Of a stretch of DNA of 53,963 nucleotides, positions 32,552-41,057 are shown one piece after another (positions within the stretch are counted from its first letter, which is position 1; each line of letters opens with the position of its first letter). This stretch comes from Planctomycetaceae bacterium (lineage in GTDB: Bacteria > Planctomycetota > Planctomycetia > Pirellulales > DASRSE01), in contig JAYUFG010000580.1 in assembly GCA_043738845.1 (NCBI GenBank), positions 1 through 53,963 on the forward strand. The letters are read 5' to 3'. The notes below the pieces were generated by a model that was not told the origin of the DNA, ran no database searches, and was given only the letters and a program-made list of their open reading frames with translations. A program made the translations under genes and the position numbers.

Positions 32552-34645
32552 ATGCCTCTTCCCGCCAATAATCCGGTCGAAACTGCCGAGCCATCGGGCG
32601 GAATGAAATTCGCCTACGCCGGTGGGTCGCGCCCCTTGGACGGCTTCACGATCAAGCGGGGAATCGGGCGCGGTGGTTTCGGCGAAGTCTATTACGCCGT
32701 GAGCGACGCTGGCAAAGAAGTCGCTCTCAAACTCGTTCGCCGAAATCTCGATGTGGAAGTTCGCGGCGTCACACAATGCTTGAATCTCAAACACACCAAT
32801 CTCATCGCGCTGTACGATATTAAGCGGGACACCCAGGATGACTCGTGGGTCGTGATGGAATATGTCTCGGGCGAATCGCTCGAAGATGTCCTGCACCGCT
32901 CGCCGAACGGGATGACGCCGCACGAAGTTCAACATTGGCTGTGCGGGATTTTTGCCGCCGTTGCGTACCTGCACGATCATGGGATCGTCCATCGCGACTT
33001 GAAGCCGGGCAACATTTTCTCCGACGAAGGGACCGTCAAGATTGGCGATTACGGCCTGTCCAAGTTCATTTCGTGCAGTCGCCGCAGCGGTCAGACCGAA
33101 AGTGTCGGAACGGTCCATTACATGGCACCCGAAATCGCCAACGGTCGTTATGGCAAAGAAATCGACATCTACGCACTCGGCGTAATTGTGTATGAAATGC
33201 TGACGGGTCACGTTCCGTTTGAAGGGGAGAGTTTAGGCGAAGTGCTGATGAAGCATTTGACCGCCGAGCCAGACGTGAGCCGCCTCGTCGAGCCGTATCG
33301 CAGTGCGGTTAAAAAGGCATTGGCGAAAGCCCCGGCCCAGCGTCCGGCGAGTGTTGAGGAGTTTGCGCGGCTGTTGCAGATTCCGCTGCAAGCAAATTCA
33401 CAAACGGTCCCGCCGGTCCCTTTCCCCTCTTCCCCGTCACGAAATTCACAAGCGGTTCCACCGCCGATTCCGCCAATGCCTGGGAAGACAAGTCCGGAAG
33501 TACAAGTTGCCCAAGCGATGATGCACGCCAACATTGCGGCTCAATATCGACATGCGCAGGAAGAACCGATCTGGCGGGCGATCCAGGATGCGTGGCGACA
33601 GATGGGTGATGCTTGGCGGAATTCGACTTTGCCAACACCGCTGAAGGTGTTGATTCTCGCGCCGTGCATTTTTCTCGCTGTGGTCACGATTGAGATTTGG
33701 GGGCCGGTCCTGCTAGTTCTGGGCGTCGTGTACGGTGCCTATCGTTTAATCCGGGCATTGTTTATGGGTGCGCAGAAATCGCCATCCATGTATCCACCAG
33801 CAGTTTATCCAGCCGGAGCCTATCCGCCGCCGATTCCTGGACAACCAATCCCAGGGCAGCGACCCGATTTTCCGCCACTGCCGGGACGTCCGGCAGGAAT
33901 GCCGACTCCGCCGCCACCGACATTTGCGAGATCGACGGCGAAGAGCCGTTCAGATCGTTGGCGGGCATCGGCCGCGATGGCCTTGGCGACGAAACCGCTC
34001 CGCACGAAAACCCAAGAGTTGACCGGCTCGATGTTGGTCGCCGCCATCATTTCCGCAGTCGGCTCGATGTTGGTGATTGCCTTTCGCGGAGTGGAGCCAG
34101 AAGCCCAACAATATGCGTGGCTGGCGATGATGAGTACGCTCTCGGCGTGGGCCGTGCTGATTCCCGCGAAGTTGTGGGAAGCGGGCGAAGGCGAAGCCCT
34201 GCTCCGTCGAGTGACGATGTTCATTGTCGGGATGTCGGTTGGCGGTGCAGCCTGGCTGTTGTATTCGGCGTTTCAAGTCAGTCCGAACTCGGTCGTCTTG
34301 CCGTGGGACCACTTGGAGTCGGCACATCCTGTCTATTGGGATAAGTTGTACTCGACGACTGGACTTCCGACGCGAACGGCGTTCGTGGTTTACTTCGCAC
34401 TGTTGCTGGGCGTCCCGGCGTGGTGGCGGTTGGCCAATCCTTTGCGAGCGAGCCGCTTGTCGATTTGGGCAACGGCCAAGCCGATCCTGTGGGCGTGGGT
34501 CTTGAATTTCTTTTGGCCCTGTCCATATCCGTGGGGCGTGTTAGTCGCGGTTTCCTCCGTTGTGGCGATCCAGGTTTCGAGCGTTTGGCTGTCGCCGGAA
34601 ACGCGACACCGCCCGTTGAGTGATGTGGAAGGGGGGGGGGTATGA
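32552..34645 (+). CDS. Ser/Thr protein kinase with Pro-rich linker and polytopic C-terminal membrane domain
   Basis: Hanks-type motifs [41 protein letters not shown] and [13 protein letters not shown]. The C-terminal ~350 aa have multiple hydrophobic segments. Confidence 0.9.
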   Translation: MPLPANNPVETAEPSGGMKFAYAGGSRPLDGFTIKRGIGRGGFGEVYYAVSDAGKEVALKLVRRNLDVEVRGVTQCLNLKHTNLIALYDIKRDTQDDSWVVMEYVSGESLEDVLHRSPNGMTPHEVQHWLCGIFAAVAYLHDHGIVHRDLKPGNIFSDEGTVKIGDYGLSKFISCSRRSGQTESVGTVHYMAPEIANGRYGKEIDIYALGVIVYEMLTGHVPFEGESLGEVLMKHLTAEPDVSRLVEPYRSAVKKALAKAPAQRPASVEEFARLLQIPLQANSQTVPPVPFPSSPSRNSQAVPPPIPPMPGKTSPEVQVAQAMMHANIAAQYRHAQEEPIWRAIQDAWRQMGDAWRNSTLPTPLKVLILAPCIFLAVVTIEIWGPVLLVLGVVYGAYRLIRALFMGAQKSPSMYPPAVYPAGAYPPPIPGQPIPGQRPDFPPLPGRPAGMPTPPPPTFARSTAKSRSDRWRASAAMALATKPLRTKTQELTGSMLVAAIISAVGSMLVIAFRGVEPEAQQYAWLAMMSTLSAWAVLIPAKLWEAGEGEALLRRVTMFIVGMSVGGAAWLLYSAFQVSPNSVVLPWDHLESAHPVYWDKLYSTTGLPTRTAFVVYFALLLGVPAWWRLANPLRASRLSIWATAKPILWAWVLNFFWPCPYPWGVLVAVSSVVAIQVSSVWLSPETRHRPLSDVEGGGV
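34631..34640 (+). repeat. homopolymeric G10 tract at the kinase / downstream-ORF junction
   Basis: The sequence reads gaa GGG GGG GGG Gta tga with ATG at 34642..34644. The run encodes the terminal GGG of the kinase. Confidence 0.95.
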
Positions 34646-35565
34646 ATATGGGCGTTCGTTGGATCATGCTATTTCCGTTGGCGATTATATTCTTGGTCGT
34701 GGTCGCGACCATGATCGCGATCACTTCATCGCCGGACGCGCGACGCGCGGCGGGAAAAGTTTTCGGCGCGATGTTTGCGGGATTACTCGGTATTGGTTTA
34801 CTATTGTGTCTGATCCTTCTCGCACGTACTTCGGTTCACGAGCAACCACCCCCGCCAGAAGTGGTCCAGGTTCAACCGTATCCCAAAGATACGACCCTTC
34901 CGCCTCCGCCGGAAAAAATGATCACTTCGCCAACCGGTGGAGAAATCCCGCTTTCGCCTGACGATAAACCGCCGGTTGTCGGTGTTCACTGGACCCGAAC
35001 CAGCCCCGATACCAAGACCAAGACTCGACCCGCGTGGGTGATCTCGCCCGCGAGTGTAACGAGTGCGTCGAAAACCGTGCTGCATGTCGGGCCGGAATCG
35101 TCACCGGTGGCATTGCAAAATGGAATGAATCAGCAGGTCGTTAAGGCGGCCAATGACTTTTGCACAACCCAGTTCGGACCGTTTGATCGACCGATCGACA
35201 GTCCGCTGCAAGTTTCGGCGAATCAGTTGCGAGCCAGCCTGATTTCGGAAACCTATACGGAAACCCAAGAGCGAAAAGTCGGCTCGACCGGCACAGAAGT
35301 TCCCGTCGTCGATCAATGGGTACTCGTCGAGTTCACCCCGGCTGCTCGGCACATGCTCGAAACGCATTGGCAAAGTCTCGTGATGACGCCCCGGTTGGAA
35401 TTGGCGGCCTTCGCGGCCGGGTTATTGCTTGCGTGTTTGGGATTGGTCTACGGTTATTTGAAGATCGATCAAGTGACGGAGGGAAAGAGTCGGACGCAAT
35501 TGAAACTTGCCGTCGGGGCGGTCATACTACTTGTGTTCGGCGGTTTAATGCTGGTTGCCGGTTGA
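34642..35565 (+). CDS. membrane protein, unknown function (translationally coupled to the kinase)
   Basis: The ATG overlaps the kinase TGA (ATGA). It has two N-terminal and two C-terminal hydrophobic segments flanking a Pro-rich and a globular region. Confidence 0.65.
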   Translation: MNMGVRWIMLFPLAIIFLVVVATMIAITSSPDARRAAGKVFGAMFAGLLGIGLLLCLILLARTSVHEQPPPPEVVQVQPYPKDTTLPPPPEKMITSPTGGEIPLSPDDKPPVVGVHWTRTSPDTKTKTRPAWVISPASVTSASKTVLHVGPESSPVALQNGMNQQVVKAANDFCTTQFGPFDRPIDSPLQVSANQLRASLISETYTETQERKVGSTGTEVPVVDQWVLVEFTPAARHMLETHWQSLVMTPRLELAAFAAGLLLACLGLVYGYLKIDQVTEGKSRTQLKLAVGAVILLVFGGLMLVAG

Positions 35566-35570
35566 AATCC

Positions 35571-35664
35571 GTAGGTCAGGCCTGTGGCCTGACAAATCAT
35601 TGGCGACGAATACTGACAGCCAAAATCGCCAGCCTACTCGTGTCAGGCCACAGGCCTGACCTAC
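35571..35664. repeat. REP-A bipartite palindromic element (A2)
   Basis: Arms at 35571..35594 and 35641..35664 are perfect 24-bp reverse complements. The element starts 5 nt after the stop of the upstream gene. Confidence 0.9.
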
Positions 35665-35676
35665 GCCGTGTGAATT

Positions 35677-35702
35677 AAGCGGCGAGACGCCGCTTGTACA
35701 AG
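35677..35702. repeat. REP-K hairpin (AAGCGGCGagaCGCCGCTT + GTACAAG)
   Basis: The same GGCGAGACGCCGCTTGTACAAG sequence forms the inverted repeat at 43973..44029. Confidence 0.8.
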
Positions 35703-35739
35703 TTTTTCATTCATCGCTCATCATTCATCGTTTCCTCAC
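35703..35739 (+). repeat. REP-E tail directly upstream of the ECF sigma ATG
   Basis: TTTTTCATTCATCGCTCATCATTCATCGTTTCCTCAC followed by the ATG at 35740. Confidence 0.8.
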
Positions 35740-36372
35740 ATGCTCTCCGCCGACGAACTCCTCGTGCAACGTGTCCGCGCGGGCGACGATGATGCCTGGA
35801 ACGAACTCATCTCGCGGTTCGAGGGGCGGCTGTTGGCGTTTATTGAGGGTCGTTTACGCGACCGCTCAGCGGGCGAGGACATCGTCCAAGAGACGTTCAT
35901 CGGCTTTTTGACGAGCCTACCCAACTACGATCCTCGTCGGGCGTTGGAAAGCTATCTGTTTTCAATCGCCGCGCACAAATTGACCGATCACTTGCGGCGC
36001 GAGGGGCGGCGGCCAACATTGCCTCTTTCGGCGAATTCGAGCCAAACGAGTGAATGGGACTTGCCGGGGCGAGAGCGGCCCGCGAGTAGTCTGGTTCGCA
36101 GTGGCGAGCGAAAAGAACTTGAATCGGCGGCGATGACCGACGCCTTATCCGAGCAAATCGCTCGCTGGCGGGAACGGGGCGAGTGGCAAAAAATGCTCTG
36201 TTTAGAATTGCTAGTCGTGCGCGGTTGGGCGAATAAAGACGTGGCGAAGGAAGTCAACGCAACCGAGCAAACAGTCGCGAATTGGAAGTTCGAGTTCATT
36301 GCCCGCTTGAATACGTTGTTGCGTAAACAGGGACTTTCGGAGGACGTGTTTCCGGAATTGAAAAGTAACTAA
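35740..36372 (+). CDS. ECF-type sigma factor with extended Ser/Thr-rich sigma2-sigma4 linker
   Basis: Sigma2 (GEDIVQETFIGFLTSLPNYD..YLFSIAAHKLTDHLRREGRR), a ~55-aa linker (PLSANSSQTSEWDLPGRERPASSLVRSGERKE...) and sigma4 (LELLVVRGWANKDVAKEVNATEQTVANWKFEFIARL). Confidence 0.85.
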   Translation: MLSADELLVQRVRAGDDDAWNELISRFEGRLLAFIEGRLRDRSAGEDIVQETFIGFLTSLPNYDPRRALESYLFSIAAHKLTDHLRREGRRPTLPLSANSSQTSEWDLPGRERPASSLVRSGERKELESAAMTDALSEQIARWRERGEWQKMLCLELLVVRGWANKDVAKEVNATEQTVANWKFEFIARLNTLLRKQGLSEDVFPELKSN

Positions 36373-36374
36373 CG

Positions 36375-36779
36375 ATGAGATTTACACTCGCCGAACTCGA
36401 AGCGTATCTCGACGAAGCCTTGCCGGTCGAGCAGATGACGGTGATTGAAGAGGCGGTCCGGAACGATCATGCGCTGTGCGAACGGCTGGCGGCGATCAAC
36501 GGTCGGCGGAACGCGGGGGTCCACACGTTGGGAGAAATCTGGCGACGGCAACGGCTCAGTTGTCCCACGCGACAAGAGTTGGGAAGCCTACTGCTGGAAA
36601 TTTTGCCCGACGAACAGGCAGAATATCTGCGGCAACATATCGAAACGGTCGGCTGTCGCTATTGTCAGGCGAACTTAGCCGATCTTCAACGGCAGCAGTC
36701 AGAACTGACCGAACAATCAGGCCGTCGCCGCAAGAAATACTTTCAATCGAGCGCAGGTTATCTCAAGAGCGGGCATTGA
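36375..36779 (+). CDS. soluble zf-HC2-like putative anti-sigma factor
   Basis: Starts 2 nt after the sigma stop. It has C..H..CxxC ligands (SCPTRQELG...RQHIETVGCRYCQANL; H-x5-C-x2-C, not the canonical H-x3-C-x2-C) and no TM segment. Confidence 0.6.
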   Translation: MRFTLAELEAYLDEALPVEQMTVIEEAVRNDHALCERLAAINGRRNAGVHTLGEIWRRQRLSCPTRQELGSLLLEILPDEQAEYLRQHIETVGCRYCQANLADLQRQQSELTEQSGRRRKKYFQSSAGYLKSGH

Positions 36780-36985
36780 TGACCCGCATGCCGCGCTGCA
36801 ATCAAAGGCGTCCTTTCACGGAGCGACTGCAAGTCATAAACGTCGCCGAATGTTCGAGTAAATTGTGGCATAAATAATTGCTACACGTGGTGTAGTCATT
36901 ACGACCGATTCGACAGACTTGGGGTGCGTCGTACATTTGTTGATAGCCATTTGAATCCTTTCCTTCCGCCGATTTGCCCACCCCA

Positions 36986-38923
36986 ATGTCATTGCACATC
37001 GTTATCAGGTCATGGTTCGTGTTCGGTCTCGTGGCGACCGGGCAGCTTTTGGCAGCCGAGAAACCGGAGGGTGATGATTCGGCCGTCGGCATTTTGACCA
37101 TTGGCGATTTCTCCGCAACCGATCAGCACGGTGGGGGTTTTCGACTGAGCGATTGTCGGGCGTCCGTTATCGCGGTTGTTTTTCTAGGTGTTGATTGTCC
37201 GTTGGCCAAGTTGTCCGCACCGGTTCTCAACGACATCGAGAAGACATATTCTCAACGGGGCGTGCAGGTCATTGCGATCAATAGCAACCGACACGAATCA
37301 TTTTCGCGGGTGGCCGAATTTGCCCAGCAAGCGAAATCCTCTGTTCTTTTTTTGAAGGACGAAGGAAATCAAATTGCCGATCAATTCGGAGCGACCCGTT
37401 CGCCCGAGGTGTTTGTCCTCGACACTACTCGGTCGATTCGGTATCACGGCCGTATTGATGACCAGCGTGCGCCGGGGACGGATCGACAGCAGCCGACGCG
37501 CCGCGATCTGGTCGAGGCGATTGAGGACTTGCTCGCGGGGCGTTCTGTCCGTGTTCCCGAAACCGAAGCCAAGGGCTGCTTCATTGACCGCGAAGAAGCG
37601 ATTGTGTCGGGTCCGATCAATTACGTTGAACACGTGGCACCGATTCTTCAGGAACATTGCGTGAACTGTCATCGAGCGGGTCAGATCGCGCCGTTTTCGC
37701 TCACGACCTACGATGAAGCGCAAGCCTGGGCAAAAACCATTCGTGAAGTCGTAAGTCAACGACAAATGCCGCCGTGGAACGCCGATCCCCGCTTTGGCCA
37801 CTTCGCGAACGAACGCAAATTTACGCACCGTGAGCGGAAAATGTTGATTGAGTGGTGCGACTCGGGTGCGGCCTTGGGTGACATTCACGCCCGGCGGGTT
37901 GAAGAGCGAGAAGACAACGCCACAACATCCGCACGCGGAAATTCGTCGTGGGAGATCGGCACGCCGGATTGCATCGTGCAGATTCCAGTTGAACAGCATA
38001 TTCCAGCGACGGGCACCGTCGAGTATCAGTATGTTGATGTCGAACCGCAGTTTGATCGCGACCGCTGGGTGGCGGCGGTCGAAATTCAGCCGACGAATCG
38101 GGCCACGTTGCACCACTGCACGATTTTCTTGTCGCCGCCGGGAGCGCAGGGAACGCTCGTCGAGCAAGGATCGCTCGGATCGTATTGCTTGGCGACGTAT
38201 ACACCGGGAACGTCGCCGTCGATCTTTCCTCCAGGGATGGCCAAGCTCGTCCCGGTCGGGTGGCATTTTGTGTTCGTGTTGCATTACATCACGAATGGAA
38301 CGGTGCAAACCGATCAAACGAGGATGGCACTTCGATTCGTCGAGGCGGGTGAAGTCCGTCAAGAAGTGGCGACCAAGTTATTGCATGATGATGCGTTGAT
38401 AATCCAGCCGGGAGAGTCGGATCACATCATCGAAAAGTCATTCTCCTTTGAGCAAGATGTTCGGCTCCTTTCGTTTTTTCCGCACATGCACTTGCGCGGT
38501 CGGTCGTTTCGATACGACGCTATTTTCGCCGACGGGTCGGTCGAGACGTTGCTGCATGTGCCGCAGTACGATTTCCATTGGCAGCATCGCTACACATTGT
38601 CGGACCCGCGATTTCTGCCAGCGGGCACAACGCTACGTTGTACAGCCCGCTACGACAACACGACGAAAAATCCCAACAATCCCGACGCCGCTGCGACCGT
38701 TCACGCTGGCAAATTGACGACCGATGAAATGTTCAACGGTTATTTTGATTTTGTCCTGGCCAATGAGGACCGAAGTCTCGCTGGAGGAAAATGGCCGCTG
38801 CTTGGGCAGGGGCTGATCGAGGTGGGCCTGGCCGGATTGGCAGCGATTGGCGTTTATGTCGTTCGACGAACATCACGGCACCCACCGAGCGCATCAGCAA
38901 AGAGTTTTCACTCGTTCGGCTAA
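36986..38923 (+). CDS. secreted tri-domain protein: redoxin/TlpA-like + CxxCH haem motif + copper type II monooxygenase (PHM/DBH)-like C-terminal region, C-terminal TM anchor
   Basis: The ATG at 36986 gives MSLHIVIRSWFVFGLVATGQLLAAE. Thioredoxin-fold block (VIAVVFLGVDCPLAK..PEVFVLD). HVAPILQEHCVNCHRAGQIAPFSL..MPPW (planctomycete cytochrome-type). LHHCTIF, FFPHMHLRGRSFRY and TTDEMFNGYF resemble the PHM copper-ligand motifs. Confidence 0.8.
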   Translation: MSLHIVIRSWFVFGLVATGQLLAAEKPEGDDSAVGILTIGDFSATDQHGGGFRLSDCRASVIAVVFLGVDCPLAKLSAPVLNDIEKTYSQRGVQVIAINSNRHESFSRVAEFAQQAKSSVLFLKDEGNQIADQFGATRSPEVFVLDTTRSIRYHGRIDDQRAPGTDRQQPTRRDLVEAIEDLLAGRSVRVPETEAKGCFIDREEAIVSGPINYVEHVAPILQEHCVNCHRAGQIAPFSLTTYDEAQAWAKTIREVVSQRQMPPWNADPRFGHFANERKFTHRERKMLIEWCDSGAALGDIHARRVEEREDNATTSARGNSSWEIGTPDCIVQIPVEQHIPATGTVEYQYVDVEPQFDRDRWVAAVEIQPTNRATLHHCTIFLSPPGAQGTLVEQGSLGSYCLATYTPGTSPSIFPPGMAKLVPVGWHFVFVLHYITNGTVQTDQTRMALRFVEAGEVRQEVATKLLHDDALIIQPGESDHIIEKSFSFEQDVRLLSFFPHMHLRGRSFRYDAIFADGSVETLLHVPQYDFHWQHRYTLSDPRFLPAGTTLRCTARYDNTTKNPNNPDAAATVHAGKLTTDEMFNGYFDFVLANEDRSLAGGKWPLLGQGLIEVGLAGLAAIGVYVVRRTSRHPPSASAKSFHSFG

Positions 38924-39089
38924 CGGACCATTGTGAAACCAGGAAGTCCAACGAGACCATTTCCTAATCCAAGAACCGCGATCTGGATCAAGGGTTGACT
39001 TCGCGGCCCATTACAGCGACAAAACTTCGCGATCCTGTTACCATAATTCAACGACAGGTTCACTCTAATTCGGCCGAGGCTCGCACAAC

Positions 39090-40103
39090 ATGGCTCAAAA
39101 CATCTGGCTCGTAGGACTCGCACTCGTTTTTTGCCCTGGCTGTTGGTCGGCCAGTGAGCAGGAGCTAGCGGTCGTCGTGTATAGCGCGCTCGATTCGGAA
39201 TTTGCCGAACCGATCTTGCAAAAGTACGAACGCGAACAAAAAGTCGCCATTCGCGCAAAATTCGATGTCGAAGCCAATAAAACGGTTGGTCTAACGCAGG
39301 CTTTAATCGCCGAAGCGAATCGCCCCCGCTGCGATCTGTTTTGGAACAACGAGATTCTGCACACGCTGCGGCTGGAGAAACTCGGTTTGCTCGATGTTTA
39401 TCGTTCGCCAACGGGCGAATCGTTTCCCGCCGAATTTCGCTCGCCCAATGGAACGTGGCATGGCTTTGCGGCTCGCGCGCGGGTGCTTGCGGTGAATACG
39501 CAATTGCTCGCGGAAGGAGAACGGCCAAGCTCGATTCGCGATCTGGCGAACGAACATTGGCGGGGAAAGTGTGGACTTGCCAAGCCGCTGTTTGGAACGA
39601 CCGCGACTCATACGGCCTGTCTCTTTGCCGCTTGGGGCGATGAACGGGCGAAGGATTTTTTTCGCCAAGTCAAAGCGAATGACGCCCAGGTGTTTCCCGG
39701 CAACAAGCAAGTCGCGCGGGCTGTCTCGTCGGGCGAGATTGCGTTTGGTCTGACCGACACGGACGATGCAGCCGAAGAGATCGCCGCAGGCCGACCAGTG
39801 GCGATTGTTTATCCCGACCAAGATGTTGATGGGATCGGGACGTTGTTCATTCCGAACACATTGGCCATTATGAAGGGATGTCCTCATCCCGAGGCAGCTC
39901 GCAGGCTGGTCGATTACCTGCTTGCTCCGGCGATTGAGGAGCAATTGGCGAACGGTCCGAGCGTGCAGATTCCGTTGAATCCATTGGCGAAAACTCCGCC
40001 GAACATTTTCACGCCGAAGACGATTCGGGCGATGCGGGCTGATTTTTCAGCGGCGGCGGAGCAGTGGGAAACAGCGGCGACTTTTTTGCGAGCGGAGTTT
40101 TGA
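39090..40103 (+). CDS. ABC transporter substrate-binding protein (family 1, iron(III)/thiamine-type), no adjacent permease or ATPase
   Basis: N-terminal signal (IWLVGLALVFCPGCWSA). FbpA/AfuA-like blocks (VVVYSALDSEFAEPILQKYE; DLFWNNEILH; WHGFAARARVLAVN; GEIAFGLTDTDD). Confidence 0.8.
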   Translation: MAQNIWLVGLALVFCPGCWSASEQELAVVVYSALDSEFAEPILQKYEREQKVAIRAKFDVEANKTVGLTQALIAEANRPRCDLFWNNEILHTLRLEKLGLLDVYRSPTGESFPAEFRSPNGTWHGFAARARVLAVNTQLLAEGERPSSIRDLANEHWRGKCGLAKPLFGTTATHTACLFAAWGDERAKDFFRQVKANDAQVFPGNKQVARAVSSGEIAFGLTDTDDAAEEIAAGRPVAIVYPDQDVDGIGTLFIPNTLAIMKGCPHPEAARRLVDYLLAPAIEEQLANGPSVQIPLNPLAKTPPNIFTPKTIRAMRADFSAAAEQWETAATFLRAEF

Positions 40104-40290
40104 GAAGGGGGTATTTCGTCAGACTGTCAAGCTGATTTTGGCGGTTTTGAAGTGGCCTTCCGCAGAAGATGGGGTCGGGTCAAACGTGCGGAATCGGGCG
40201 TCACGATGGGAAAATCTGCCTAAAACCCGATGAAAATGGGGATTTTTTTAGAAAACTTGGAGAAAAACCGAGAAATATCGCCTTAGAGGG

Positions 40291-40319
40291 TTGCAAAATT
40301 CGGCTAACCGACTTTAATT
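40291..40319 (+). promoter_or_regulatory. candidate sigma70-type promoter for the HU gene
   Basis: TTGCAA (40291..40296) - 17 nt - TTAATT (40314..40319), about 120 nt upstream of the ATG. The strong SD AAGGAGG is at 40421..40427. This is a pattern match only. Confidence 0.3.
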
Positions 40320-40438
40320 CACCAGTTCGCTAACCGTGTCGAGCTTCACGGACGTCATCAATTGCCGAGTTTTGTCGCAACTTACCTAACCCAAGTTTTT
40401 TTCTTATCCCGAGCAACCTCAAGGAGGGACACGAGAGT

Positions 40439-40765
40439 ATGTCGAAGCAACCAGCGAAGAAAGCACCGTCCAAAACCGAAGTTTACACCGCCATCGGCGA
40501 AGCGACCGGCTTGAAAAAGCAACAGGTCGGTGCCGTCATGGACGCTTTGGTCGCCGAAATCAAAAAGGCACTGAGCAACCGTGGGTCGGGCATGTTCGCC
40601 ATCCCCGGTCTGGTCAAGATCGAGAAGCGGAAAGTGCCCGCCAAGCCAGCGCGTAAGGGCGTCCCCAACCCGTTCAAGCCCGGCGAACTGATGGACGTGG
40701 CCGCCAAAGCGGCGAGCACGAAGATCAAGGTTCGTGCCCTCAAAAACCTGAAGGACATGGCCTAA
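40439..40765 (+). CDS. HU/IHF-family DNA-binding protein with Lys-rich N-terminal extension
   Basis: HU fold pattern (EVYTAIGEATGLKKQQVGAVMDALVAEIKKAL..FAIPGLVKIEKRKVPAKPARKGVPNPFKPGE). Confidence 0.9.
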   Translation: MSKQPAKKAPSKTEVYTAIGEATGLKKQQVGAVMDALVAEIKKALSNRGSGMFAIPGLVKIEKRKVPAKPARKGVPNPFKPGELMDVAAKAASTKIKVRALKNLKDMA

Positions 40766-40825
40766 GCCGTGGGACGCAAATATTGCGTCCCATGATTAGT
40801 CTCTGCCGTCGAGAAGTCATCGAAA

Positions 40826-40857
40826 AAGCCCATGACGATCTGTCGTGGGCTTTTTTT
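40826..40857 (+). terminator. rho-independent terminator after the HU gene
   Basis: A 10-bp stem AGCCCATGAC / GTCGTGGGCT (one G-U pair), loop GATCT, then T7. A second perfect 9-bp hairpin, GGGACGCAA-ata-TTGCGTCCC, lies at 40771..40791. Confidence 0.7.
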
Positions 40858-41033
40858 ATGCGCATCGGTTCGTAGGCTCGTGGCTTTCTTCTGGCGATAG
40901 GGGCGTCATTCTTTGGTAAGATAGTTATTCAGCCACGTCAACACATCGGTTTGGTGAAAAACGATTTCATTGTTCCCTGTTCACTGCCCCCACTCGTTCT
41001 ACTCCCCGACCAACGGTCGCGGCTTTATGTCGA

Positions 41034-41057
41034 GTGTTTTCATTCATCATTTCCCCC
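41034..41057 (+). repeat. REP-E tail directly upstream of the cls ATG
   Basis: GTGTTTTCATTCATCATTTCCCCC followed by the ATG at 41058. The last 16 nt are identical to those before the kinase ATG at 32552. Confidence 0.8.

Noticed and set aside
37298-38362. 354-aa minus-strand ORF
   Set aside because: It is antisense to the redoxin/haem/PHM-like gene. The composition is Arg-rich, it has no motifs, and the sense gene is well supported.
38971-38995. TPP-riboswitch-like GATCTGGAT string upstream of the substrate-binding protein gene
   Set aside because: Only this short string resembles the thi-box region. The conserved CUGAGA element and the flanking helices are absent.
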